From Candidatus Oxydemutator sp. (lineage in GTDB: Bacteria; Pseudomonadota; Gammaproteobacteria; Poriferisulfidales; Oxydemutatoraceae), in the NCBI GenBank assembly GCA_965203445.1, contig OZ241883.1, positions 1,824,001 to 1,888,000 of the forward strand: a stretch of 64,000 bases of DNA, in the 5' to 3' direction. Made by a program: the position numbers and the translations under genes. The notes below the pieces were generated by a model. It had not been told where the DNA came from. It saw nothing but the letters and a program-made list of their open reading frames with translations, and did no database searches. Of this stretch, positions 22,704-31,343 are shown in pieces. Position 1 is the first letter of the stretch. Each line of letters opens with the position of its first letter.

Positions 22704-23564
22704 CTATGGCAGCAGTCTCGAGCGCCACGGGGTGAAGCCGCCGTACTGCCAGAACGACAGTACAGTATGCCATATCGCCGCCTGCTTTCCGTCCGCGCCG
22801 GCGTCCAGAAGTTCGTGTGGGCCGAAGCGGTCAATATACAGCACGCGCAAATCGCGCAGATCGAAGAACTTCTTGATGAACGGGACGCGCACCCGGGCGC
22901 GCGCCGAGCGGTCGTAATCAATGAAGGTGAACGTCGCCCGCTCTATTGCGCGCGCCGACGGCGCGTTTGGCGTGTCCACCAGAATGTTGATCGTCTGCGG
23001 ATCGCCGTGCCGGAAGCCGGCCTCGTGCAGCCGCCGGATTTCCCCAAGCACCTTTTCCCGCACGCCTTCCAGCAGCCGCTCGGCGTCGTCGCCATGGTTT
23101 TCCCGGACGGCGCGGCACAGGTCGGCCAGCGACTGCTCGCCCGGTATTTTCTCGTAGAGAAAGAAGCTTTTTGCACCGAACAACCCGCGCCCTTTGGTAC
23201 TCCAATACGCGAGCGGCCTGGCGACGGGCAGCCCGGCTTCGCGCATCGCGTGGCAGCGCAGAAACGCATTGCGATTGTAGTCCTTGCCGAGCAGCCGGCG
23301 GATCAGCAGATCGAGCCTGCGCGAGCGTTTGTAGCGCGGGTCTATCTGAAATACCTTCATCACGACGTCGCCTTGCGCGACAGGCAGATGGAAACTGTAC
23401 AGGCGATTGCGGCGCCGGCCGTGGCGTTTGAGCAGATGTGTTTCCTCTTCGTAACGCGCGAATCCCTGCCCGCTTATCCATGCGACAAGTTCGCGCGGCA
23501 CGGCGCCGGCCACAAGATAACGCCCCGCCGCGTACTTGCCGCGCAGGATCGCTTGCCCGCTCAC
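22704..23564 (-). CDS. Kdo/WaaP/InaA-family sugar kinase
   Basis: VVMKVF, GLPVARPLAYW, LHEAGFRHGDPQTINILV, FIDYDR, DLR. GTG start (VSGQAILRG) chosen because the longer ORF reads through a REP element. Confidence 0.75.
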   Translation of the reverse strand: MSGQAILRGKYAAGRYLVAGAVPRELVAWISGQGFARYEEETHLLKRHGRRRNRLYSFHLPVAQGDVVMKVFQIDPRYKRSRRLDLLIRRLLGKDYNRNAFLRCHAMREAGLPVARPLAYWSTKGRGLFGAKSFFLYEKIPGEQSLADLCRAVRENHGDDAERLLEGVREKVLGEIRRLHEAGFRHGDPQTINILVDTPNAPSARAIERATFTFIDYDRSARARVRVPFIKKFFDLRDLRVLYIDRFGPHELLDAGADGKQAAIWHTVLSFWQYGGFTPWRSRLLP

Positions 23565-23603
23565 GTCAGGATTTTTCTCGCCCGGAGTTTCTTTCACTGT
23601 TCT

Positions 23604-23713
23604 CCCTCTCCCTCTGGGAGAGGGCCGGGGTGAGGGCCAGAGTGAGGAAATTACCTTCCCCCTTTCCCTCACCCGGCCTTCGGCCACCCTCTCCCAGAGG
23701 GAGAGGGTTTCAT
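23604..23713. repeat. REP-like palindromic doublet
   Basis: ccctctccctctgggagaggg-ccggggtgaggg...ccctcacccggccttcggccaccctctcccagagggagaggg. Confidence 0.88.
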
Positions 23714-23782
23714 TGTAAGACCTTTCCGCCATCCACGTGGATTCAGGTATCATTTCCATCATAATTCTCTATAATTGGCTTT

Positions 23783-24040
23783 ATGGCATCCACGGCACAA
23801 CATTTCGACACTCTGCGCACGGCGGAGGCCCTCCGCGAGGCCGGCCTGGAAGAGCATGCGGCCAAGGCCATCAGCTTGGCTATTGATCAAGGTCGAGAAA
23901 GCGGCGACTTGGTCACTCAACCGATGCTTAAGGCGGAACTCGCCAGCCTTGAAATCAGGCTGATCAAGTGGATTGTGGCGATAGTGCTGGGCGCGGCCGC
24001 CACCACAATCGCCGCGGTCAGACTGATAGTGGGCAGCTGA
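23783..24040 (+). CDS. DUF1640/CCDC90-like small coiled-coil membrane protein
   Basis: FDTL....L.EAG.....A.AI, DLVT, LEIRLIKW plus C-terminal TM segment. Confidence 0.8.
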   Translation: MASTAQHFDTLRTAEALREAGLEEHAAKAISLAIDQGRESGDLVTQPMLKAELASLEIRLIKWIVAIVLGAAATTIAAVRLIVGS

Positions 24041-24151
24041 CCACGGCACAGCATTTCGGTCCGGTCATCCAACAAAAAAGTTCGCGCGGCGCATCGCCGG
24101 CCACGAGGTAGCGCCCCGCAGCGTACCTGCCGCGCAGGATCGCTTGCCCGC

Positions 24152-25312
24152 TCACGTCAGGATTTCTCCGGCCCAAAGTTTGTTCAGAAAATCCGGCCAG
24201 TGGAGGCAGTGGATGCCGTCCTTCAGGCGGGCGGTTTTGTCCTCGCTGACCAGGAAAAACTTCTTGACGACGCCCTCCTCTTGCAGTGCTCGCAGTCCTT
24301 TCCAATCTTCGCGCGCCACCCTGCGCGTGGCCTTGATCTCGATGGCGGCCACGTCGTCCACCACCAGATCCACCTCGTATCCCGTCCGGGTGCGCCAATA
24401 GCACAGGGGAAGATCCAGCATTCGGTAACCGATGTAGGCCCTGATCTCGTGAACCAACCAGGTCTCGAGGCAGTTTCCGAAAATATCGGAGTTTCTTTCG
24501 ACGCTTTTGATTGCTTTGAGAGTGTTCAGAACTCCAGTGTCGAAGAAGTAGAACTTCGCGGTGCCGACGGCCTTTCTTTTTCGGGATTTGTCCCAGGGTT
24601 CGAGCAGCACGCCGATGAACGTCTCCTGCAGGATGGAGTAATACTCGCGCACCGTGCTCGGCGACATAGCGTAATCCCGTCCCAGTTTGTCGAAGTTCAA
24701 AATCCGGCCGTTGCAAAGGGCCGCGGCTTGCAGGAATTTTGCGAACTGGGGAATTTTCCTGACCAGGCCCTCGAGTTGAATTTCCTGCGCGATGTAGTTC
24801 GTCACGTAGGCCTGCAATTCCTCGTGCGGTTCATCGCTCAGATACACCGCGGGCAGGCCGCCGTAACGCAGATACTTGAGCAGATCGAAATCCGGCATCT
24901 CTTTCCAGGTCAACGGATAAAGGTCCTGGTTCCACGCCCTGCCGGCCAGGAGGTTGACTCCGTGCCGGTGCAGCTTGCGCGCCGAACTGCCGGTCAGCAG
25001 GAACCTCCATCTCCTGCCCTCGATGAGGCGGTGCACCTCGTCGAGCAGAGAGGGAAGTTTCTGTATCTCGTCAATGACGATATACACGGGGGCGTCGGGT
25101 TCGCCGATCTGCCCTTGCACCATTTCTTCCATGTCGGAAGGATTGGCCGAGAGCGACAGGAAGGTGCCCGCGTTCAGCAGATCGAAAAAGATGGCCTTCC
25201 CGCCCAGTTGCCTGCGGGCCAGCCAGGTTTTGCCGGTGCCGCGAGGCCCGAACAGAAAGAAAGACTTGCGCGCAAGCAGACCCGGCAGCCGGATTTCTCG
25301 TTGCAGTTCCAT
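24152..25312 (-). CDS. AAA_14 + DUF4143 ATP-binding protein
   Basis: FGPRGTGKT, IDEIQK, LTGSSARKL, NLLAGRA, KFYFFDTGV, EVDLV...IEIKA. Confidence 0.9.
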   Translation of the reverse strand: MELQREIRLPGLLARKSFFLFGPRGTGKTWLARRQLGGKAIFFDLLNAGTFLSLSANPSDMEEMVQGQIGEPDAPVYIVIDEIQKLPSLLDEVHRLIEGRRWRFLLTGSSARKLHRHGVNLLAGRAWNQDLYPLTWKEMPDFDLLKYLRYGGLPAVYLSDEPHEELQAYVTNYIAQEIQLEGLVRKIPQFAKFLQAAALCNGRILNFDKLGRDYAMSPSTVREYYSILQETFIGVLLEPWDKSRKRKAVGTAKFYFFDTGVLNTLKAIKSVERNSDIFGNCLETWLVHEIRAYIGYRMLDLPLCYWRTRTGYEVDLVVDDVAAIEIKATRRVAREDWKGLRALQEEGVVKKFFLVSEDKTARLKDGIHCLHWPDFLNKLWAGEILT

Positions 25313-25463
25313 AGTGGGGAATGGGATTATAGCCCGATATATAAAAATCCGCAGTAATAATACGGATATTTAATGGTAAAACGTAATATACATGAGGCAT
25401 AATAATAAATGTATTATAAATTGATTTAGGCATTAAATGTCCATACTTTCTATAACTTTTCTA

Positions 25464-25513
25464 TTGACCTAAAATGATATATGCCCTATGATGCCTTCCA
25501 CAGCATAATGCTG
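25464..25513 (+). promoter_or_regulatory. Sigma70-like promoter and palindromic operator candidate upstream of the XRE gene
   Basis: TTGACC-17 bp-TATGAT at 25464-25492; palindrome CAGCATAATGCTG at 25501-25513; RBS AGGAGG before the ATG at 25539. Confidence 0.6.
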
Positions 25514-25538
25514 GTTCACAAAAGCATAGGAGGCAATT

Positions 25539-26738
25539 ATGAATAGAATTAACCCCAAAAGATTAAAGGAAGCCCGTGCGGGCAAAGGCCGCGGCAAAGG
25601 GTGGTCGCGCCGGCAGCTTTCTGACAGAGCCAAGATTTCTGCCCGCCAGATAGCACGGATCGAGGCTTCAGAGACGGATGTGGCGGTTCGAGAAAATACT
25701 GCGGATCGTCTCGCCAGGGCGCTGCAAGTCAGCGTCCAGGCCCTCTCAGGCGATGAACCGCTTGATCCCGGTCAGCAGGACAAACTGCCTGGTGGCGGTC
25801 AGCGTTTCTCTCCGCCAGAAGTTCAAATCGGCTGCAAAATTGATCCTCACGTGTTGCTTGCATACGACCTGGTGAAGCGTCGTTACGGCCCGACCTACAC
25901 GGACGTCATCTACTTGGCACCGCTCCTTTTCGTGTTGCTTGCCGAAGGTTCTCTTGCGTGGCGTCGGCGAGGCCTTGAGAAATTTGAGGAAATAGAGAAG
26001 ACAATAGAGGAGACATGTTCTGATAGCCACCTTTTCTTCGCGCAGATGGCTGTTAACACGGATAGGGTCATGAACGCCGCTTATGCTGAGCAGGAGTCCA
26101 TCGAAAAAGCCGATCTTCGCGGCACTATGATCAGAGACAGAGACGATTCCAATGAATTATGGCTCCCCCCGTACGAAACCAATCCTTTTATGGATTATCT
26201 GGCCATACTATCGAAAGATGATCTTAAGCTCGACGACCTCGAGATTAACCATGTATCCGTTGTGGATAATTGGCTTGTTAGAGAGGATGATCCGAATACG
26301 TGGAAGGCCGACTATTCTCTCTGCGGAAAGGAGCTGAAGGAGATTGCGGGGAATTCCTGGAAGGCCAAGGGGGCCTTGAGGCAGGGCGACGTGCGCTTGT
26401 CCGATATTCCCGAGGAACTCATGACGGAAGAGAGGAAAGACGAGCGTGTCAAATGGCTCGAAAGTAAATACAAGAGAAACAAGAGAACAGGCTTTCAATG
26501 GCAGGGTACTGCGAAAAAAGAATTCCGGCTGGAGGCGATAAACGCCGTCCTCAAGCAGGACAATAACTCTGACTGCGCCGAGAAATTGTCGGCGGAAGAT
26601 TTACTACTAAAATGGGCGCACGACGACCGTGTTGTAAAGGAATACCGGCGTCTTATGAAAGAACGCGATCTTGCGCTTTCTTTAGAAGAGGTTGTCAATT
26701 TGTACAGTGACGGTGAGTCAAATGCCAAAAATCAGTGA
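25539..26738 (+). CDS. XRE-family HTH protein with a large uncharacterised C-terminal region
   Basis: RLKEAR..KGWSRRQLSDRAKISARQIARIEA..LARALQVSV..L. Confidence 0.75.
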   Translation: MNRINPKRLKEARAGKGRGKGWSRRQLSDRAKISARQIARIEASETDVAVRENTADRLARALQVSVQALSGDEPLDPGQQDKLPGGGQRFSPPEVQIGCKIDPHVLLAYDLVKRRYGPTYTDVIYLAPLLFVLLAEGSLAWRRRGLEKFEEIEKTIEETCSDSHLFFAQMAVNTDRVMNAAYAEQESIEKADLRGTMIRDRDDSNELWLPPYETNPFMDYLAILSKDDLKLDDLEINHVSVVDNWLVREDDPNTWKADYSLCGKELKEIAGNSWKAKGALRQGDVRLSDIPEELMTEERKDERVKWLESKYKRNKRTGFQWQGTAKKEFRLEAINAVLKQDNNSDCAEKLSAEDLLLKWAHDDRVVKEYRRLMKERDLALSLEEVVNLYSDGESNAKNQ

Positions 26739-26937
26739 TCATGCCGTATGCCGGTATCTGGAACGAGAGGCAGGCGTTGATATTGAAGCACACCGCCGGC
26801 AACTCGAAGAAAAAGTATCGAGCGCGTCCCTGCAACGGGTCATTGGCTTCGCGGGCAATGCTGGTTTCAAAGTGCGCATTGACGGGGTTACATACTGCTT
26901 CCGAAACGGAGTGATGACCACCTGCTATCCGGAGTAG
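26722..26937 (+). CDS. Small hypothetical protein (71 aa) overlapping the XRE gene stop
   Basis: MPKISDHAVCRYLER..GVDIE...YCFRNGVMTTC; 17-nt overlap with the upstream gene. Confidence 0.6.
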   Translation: MPKISDHAVCRYLEREAGVDIEAHRRQLEEKVSSASLQRVIGFAGNAGFKVRIDGVTYCFRNGVMTTCYPE

Positions 26938-26979
26938 CCACGTAGCTCCCGTCGCCGATGAGGCGGAGACCGTCTTATT

Positions 26980-27120
26980 CTCCCCCTGGGAGAGGGCATC
27001 TTCATCCCCCCTCTCCCTCTGGGAGAGGGTTGGGGTGAGGGCCGTTTGAGGGCCATTGCACAACCTTCCCGCCCTCACCCGGCCTGCGGCCACCCTCTCC
27101 CAGAGGGAGAGGGTTTCATT
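26980..27120. repeat. REP-like palindromic cluster
   Basis: Three ctccc-N3-gggagaggg hairpins plus gtgaggg/ccctcac arms, near-identical to 23604-23713. Confidence 0.88.
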
Positions 27121-27139
27121 ATTTCTACGGCAACTACAA

Positions 27140-28525
27140 TCACAGAAAATAATCCCGGCGTTCGTCAGCCGTTGTTAGCGATTCGAGTTTGTGGGGGTTG
27201 CGGATCAGGTCTTCTATGAACCAGTTGGCGTGGTTGTAGAGGCAGGTTACGTCCTTGCATTCGGCGGCGGCGTCGAAGGCCTCGATCAGGCGCAGCACGT
27301 TGTCGCGCGTTTCGCGGTAGGCGTCGTCGGTCGCATAGGCGTGTTTGCCGCCGATCAGCGCCTGCGGCACGTGGCGATAGACCGGGCAGTTGAACACTCC
27401 CAGCGGGCTTACGACCTGGCGGAAGAACTGCATGTGGCAGTTGTGCGGCTGCTCGGTGTAGTCTTTGTAACTGCCGTTTTCCAGCACCCTGAGGTTGGTG
27501 CTTTCGATCACCTTGAACGCGGCGTCCTCGTGCCGCTTCGCCAGCGCGATTTGCTCGCGGATCGCCTCCATCACGCCGCCGACGTGCGTATCGTCCTTCA
27601 CCAGGTCCACGATCTCGGCGTTGTTTTCCTCGGCGCGCGTCAAGAAAGGCTTTAGCGAGATATAGTCGAAGCGGTAGCGTTTCGCGCGCGCGGCCGCGGC
27701 CTCGATCTCGGCGACGTTCTCGACGATGTCGGCGTCGTTGGTGTGGCAGTCGCGCCACACGATGATGTAGCTGAAGCCGATTTGCAATCCCGGGTTGGCG
27801 TCCTTGATCGGCGGAATCTGTTCGCAGATCCAGTCGAGCGTGCACTTTTTGTTGACCGGTTTGTGCATCGCGCGGAAGGTCTCGTTGGTCGCCGAGTCGA
27901 GCGACAGCCGCACCCAGTCGCCCTTGCCGAAGGCGTCCGCCACCTGGCCGATCTTCTTCATCAGGCTGCCATTGGTGACGACGCCGATCTGGATGTCCCG
28001 TTCCTTCAGGTGGCGCACGACGTCGCCAAAACCGGGATACGCGGTCGGCTCGCCGCCGCCGATCAGAATCACCGAACGCAGCCCCTTGTCGGCCATTTGT
28101 GACAGCGCGTCCTTCAGGCGGTCGTGGTCGTAGCGGATGCCGGTGTTCAGGATGTCCATGTCCACGCAGTGGTCGCAGCGGTAGTTGCACGCCGTCGTCA
28201 GGTCGAGGTTGATCGAAAGCGGCGCATAATCCGGCGCCGTCGCCAGCGCCTCTTCGAACGCCAGGCCATTGGCGTAGCCTTCGCGCCACGCCGCCTGCCA
28301 GCGCACGTATTCGGCGAGACGCCCGACGACGCTCGGTTGCAGCAGCTTGCTCATGAAGTCGTGGATCGGCGACAGCTCGGTCTGGCGCCTGCGCGCCGCG
28401 TCGTCGCGCGCGCGCACGTGCAGCGGCGTACCTTCTGGCGCGCCGTTTGTCTTTGATTTGCGGAAGTCAATCAGCGGCGAGACGTGCAGCAACACGTCGC
28501 CGGAGTCGGAATGTATTTTTTGCAT
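27140..28525 (-). CDS. Radical SAM enzyme with a C-terminal SPASM/twitch-like domain
   Basis: CNYRCDHC, GGGEPT, VVTNG, VRLSLD, C-terminal CHMQ...VFNCP...C...C. Confidence 0.88.
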   Translation of the reverse strand: MQKIHSDSGDVLLHVSPLIDFRKSKTNGAPEGTPLHVRARDDAARRRQTELSPIHDFMSKLLQPSVVGRLAEYVRWQAAWREGYANGLAFEEALATAPDYAPLSINLDLTTACNYRCDHCVDMDILNTGIRYDHDRLKDALSQMADKGLRSVILIGGGEPTAYPGFGDVVRHLKERDIQIGVVTNGSLMKKIGQVADAFGKGDWVRLSLDSATNETFRAMHKPVNKKCTLDWICEQIPPIKDANPGLQIGFSYIIVWRDCHTNDADIVENVAEIEAAAARAKRYRFDYISLKPFLTRAEENNAEIVDLVKDDTHVGGVMEAIREQIALAKRHEDAAFKVIESTNLRVLENGSYKDYTEQPHNCHMQFFRQVVSPLGVFNCPVYRHVPQALIGGKHAYATDDAYRETRDNVLRLIEAFDAAAECKDVTCLYNHANWFIEDLIRNPHKLESLTTADERRDYFL

Positions 28526-28540
28526 GACGGGCGCGGACCT

Positions 28541-29506
28541 TCAGTCGAGGCTGACCAGCCGGTGCAGCAGACGCAGGCCGTGGACGAGGTCGGCGCCGTC
28601 GCCGGCGTCCCCTTCGATTTGCTTGACAAAGCTTCTCGCGGATTGGATCAGCGGATCCTGCATCGTGATTTGTCTGTCCCCGGCGGCCAATGATAGCACG
28701 TAATTTTTCATCGCCACGCGCCGCTCGACGGCGTTGCCGTTGATCGCGTAGCCGGCGGCGCGCGGTTGGCGCGTGCTCTGCACAAGCGACAATCGCACGC
28801 GCGTCGTGCCCGCCTGGTGCCGATAGCCGAAGGCCGCCTCGGCGCGGCTTCGGGCGCCGTCGCCCCAGCGCAATTCCGGGTTCTCGACCTCGCCCGTCCC
28901 GAGCAGCGCCTGCAACATGCTGACCAGGTGCGGCGCGCTGTCCAGGATCATGGTTTTGCCGCGGCTTGCCGGCGACAGGCGCATGTCGAACGACGTGATC
29001 CGCGCGGCGTCCTCGGGCCGCATGGGCAGCGGAGGCAACGGATGCAGTCGCCGGTAGCAGGCAAGCGTGAACGGCCACTGCAAGTTGACGCCGACGTGCA
29101 GCTTCGCCGCCGCCGCACTCTCCAGCAGGCGCGCCGCCTCGCGGGTGACGCCGGCGGCGTCTTCGGGTATTTCCGACAACGGCGGAAACCACAACGGCTT
29201 TTCACAGAAAACGTGGCAACCGGCGTCCAAACCCTGGCGCAGATACCGCAGGTGCGTATCGTGCGGGCTGGCTATGACCAGCACGTCCACGTTTTGTTCG
29301 CCCAACAATTCGGCGGGGTCGGTATAGCCCGCCGCCCGTATATGGTAGTCTTTTTGCAGCCTCCGCTGCGCCTGCGCGACGCTTGCGCGCGACGTGCCGA
29401 CGATGCCGCAAACGTCGTGCCCCAGCCGCGCGAACGCCGCCGCGAGATAAGGCCCCGTTCCCTGGCGCACGCGCCGCGCGCCGACAATGGCGATTCGGTG
29501 TACCAT
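28541..29506 (-). CDS. Gfo/Idh/MocA family oxidoreductase
   Basis: IAIVGA, DVLVIASPHDTH, HVFCEKPL, DSAPH. Confidence 0.8.
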   Translation of the reverse strand: MVHRIAIVGARRVRQGTGPYLAAAFARLGHDVCGIVGTSRASVAQAQRRLQKDYHIRAAGYTDPAELLGEQNVDVLVIASPHDTHLRYLRQGLDAGCHVFCEKPLWFPPLSEIPEDAAGVTREAARLLESAAAAKLHVGVNLQWPFTLACYRRLHPLPPLPMRPEDAARITSFDMRLSPASRGKTMILDSAPHLVSMLQALLGTGEVENPELRWGDGARSRAEAAFGYRHQAGTTRVRLSLVQSTRQPRAAGYAINGNAVERRVAMKNYVLSLAAGDRQITMQDPLIQSARSFVKQIEGDAGDGADLVHGLRLLHRLVSLD

Positions 29507-29624
29507 GTATCGCAGGTTTAATGGTGGCATATAAGCACGTGCGACAACGACCCTTCACCCGTGACGAGGCGTTCGGGTCGTGTTTTCGCACGGCTTTTCC
29601 ATCCCATGGACGTCAGGAATGCGA

Positions 29625-29831
29625 ATGAGTATAAATGTAAAGGGTCAAGTCCAGAAATTCCTCTGGAAATTCGGCTACGACGTCGTCAAAGACGAGTGGA
29701 CGTTCCATGAAATACACACGTTCATGAACGAAAAATCCTATAGCCTGGTGGCAATCGTGAACGTGTTCGACGACGAAGAGACCGGCCAGATACTGCAAGT
29801 GGACGGCATTTTTCACCGCTTCCACGCGTGA
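29625..29831 (+). pseudogene. Internally deleted FkbM-family methyltransferase remnant
   Basis: N-terminal KFLWKFGYDVVK joined directly to the C-terminal FHEIHTFM..KSYSLV...TGQILQVDGIF motif; the SAM-binding core is absent. Confidence 0.55.
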
Positions 29832-29840
29832 CGCCGCCGT

Positions 29841-30524
29841 ATGAAAATTCCCTCCGTGCCTATAGTGACGGCCTGGCGCCGGAGAAAGCGCACCGGCGAG
29901 GTTCCGCCGCCGCCGTTGCCCGATGGAGTGGAGGCTAGCGGCTACATCGCCGAGGGTTCGCGTTCGCACGTCTATGAAGGCCGCTACCGCGGCGAGCACG
30001 CGGTCATCAAGGTCTATAAGCCGTACCAGATCGCCAGATACCGCAGGCGCTACCGCGTCCATATCGCGCAATTCGAGTACGAGCGCAATCTGGCGTTTTA
30101 TTCGATTGCCGCGTTGAGGCGCCACGTCTCGATGCCACTGGCGTACGCCCCCGGCGACGGCGCCGGCGAGGCCGCTTTTCTGGTGCAGCGCTTCGCCAGC
30201 CGCCTGACGGTCTGGCAGGCGCTGCAAGACAAGCACGAGGGCATCACGCTTGCGCAGGTCGTCGCCTTCGTCGAGTTTGTCATCGGCGAGGCCGCGGCGC
30301 ACGGCCTGCATGATCTCGACTTGCACTCGAAAAACACCGTGCTGGCCAAGGACGAACGCGGCTGGAAGCCGGTGATCGTGGATTTCAACCGGATGCCGCA
30401 ATACCGGCACCCGCCCAACCCGTGGATGGCCGCCGCCTTCCGCCTCGGCCTGCGCGACAAGGCGCACCGCGACCGCCGCAACATCCGCGCCCACCGCAAC
30501 CTGCTTGCCCGCGGCGGGATATAA
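29841..30524 (+). CDS. Protein-kinase-like (RIO/Kdo-type) kinase
   Basis: IAEGSRSHVY, AVIKVY, E.E..L, LHDLDLHSKNTVL, IVDFN. Confidence 0.75.
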   Translation: MKIPSVPIVTAWRRRKRTGEVPPPPLPDGVEASGYIAEGSRSHVYEGRYRGEHAVIKVYKPYQIARYRRRYRVHIAQFEYERNLAFYSIAALRRHVSMPLAYAPGDGAGEAAFLVQRFASRLTVWQALQDKHEGITLAQVVAFVEFVIGEAAAHGLHDLDLHSKNTVLAKDERGWKPVIVDFNRMPQYRHPPNPWMAAAFRLGLRDKAHRDRRNIRAHRNLLARGGI

Positions 30525-30542
30525 TAGGCGCGGAGCCGACCT

Positions 30543-30893
30543 ATGGAACAAGAAAAAGACGAAACGGTGATCAACTGGGAAGTGTGCCACTATCAGAACG
30601 AGCAGTTGCACGAACTTTCCCTCAAATACCGCGACGACAAAAACTATCGCGACAAGGCGAAGAACGATTCCGGCGCATTGCTGAAGTCGTTGGGCGTGGT
30701 GCTGCCGGAGGGGATAGACGCGCGGTTTATCGTCAACACCAACAAGACCTGGTATTTCGTGATGCCGCGAAGGCCGAGGACGAGGACGCACGTGCACCGC
30801 CGCGGCAAAACCGCCGGCGTCGGCGACGTGGACCTGATCAACGCCGCAAGTTTTTTCGCTTCGCTGGCGTCGGTTCGCGGCCGCGCGCGGTGA
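30543..30893 (+). CDS. NHLP (nitrile hydratase-like) leader peptide protein, possible RiPP precursor
   Basis: YRDDKNYRDKAKNDSGALLKSLGVVLPEGIDARFIVNTNKTWYFVMPRRP matches the NHLP pattern D..F/YR.....P...L...G..LP.......VE/N.....Y.VLP..P. Confidence 0.65.
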   Translation: MEQEKDETVINWEVCHYQNEQLHELSLKYRDDKNYRDKAKNDSGALLKSLGVVLPEGIDARFIVNTNKTWYFVMPRRPRTRTHVHRRGKTAGVGDVDLINAASFFASLASVRGRAR

Positions 30894-30908
30894 GCAACGC
30901 CGCCGGCG

Positions 30909-31343
30909 CTACCGCCACGCCGGTCCGATCACGACCAGCAGCACGATTGCGATCAGGGCCGCGGTCGGCACCTCGTTGAACCAGCGATACCAGACGTGGC
31001 CGTGCCGGTTGGCGTCGCGCGCGAATGCCGCCACCAGCAGACCGCACCACACGTGGTAGCCCGCCAGCAGCGCGACCAGCGCGAGTTTCGCGTGCATCCA
31101 TCCGGCGTCGGCGTACGAGGCCGGGCTCAGCGCGTAGGCACCGGCGCCAAAGACGACGGTCAGCACGCCGCCCGGCGTCATGATGCCCCAGAACAGCTTG
31201 CGCTCCATGATCTTGAAACGTTCGATGCCGGCGGCGTCCGCGGCCGTCGCGTGATAGACGAACAGCCGCGGCAGGTAGAACAGCCCGGCGAACCAGGTGA
31301 CCATGAAGATCAGATGCAGTGCCTTGAACCAGTAGAATGCCAT
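30909..31343 (-). CDS. hemJ: Protoporphyrinogen oxidase HemJ
   Basis: WFKALHLIFMVTWFAGLFYLPRLFVYH, MERKL, WMHAKL, RWFNEVP. Confidence 0.93.
   Translation of the reverse strand: MAFYWFKALHLIFMVTWFAGLFYLPRLFVYHATAADAAGIERFKIMERKLFWGIMTPGGVLTVVFGAGAYALSPASYADAGWMHAKLALVALLAGYHVWCGLLVAAFARDANRHGHVWYRWFNEVPTAALIAIVLLVVIGPAWR

Larger units (their letters stand above)
23476..24165. repeat. Diverged ~99-bp direct repeat (23476-23574 and 24067-24165) of the kinase 5' end
   Basis: Shared core gccgcgcaggatcgcttgcccgctcacgtcaggattt plus similar flanking sequence. Confidence 0.88.

Noticed and set aside
23565-23762. N-terminal extension of the sugar kinase in the ORF track
   Set aside because: It is read-through of a REP doublet; the duplicated GTG start points to 23564.
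29538-29592. Integron attC site
   Set aside because: The ends do not fit RYYYAAC/GTTRRRY, there is one copy only, and no integrase is present.
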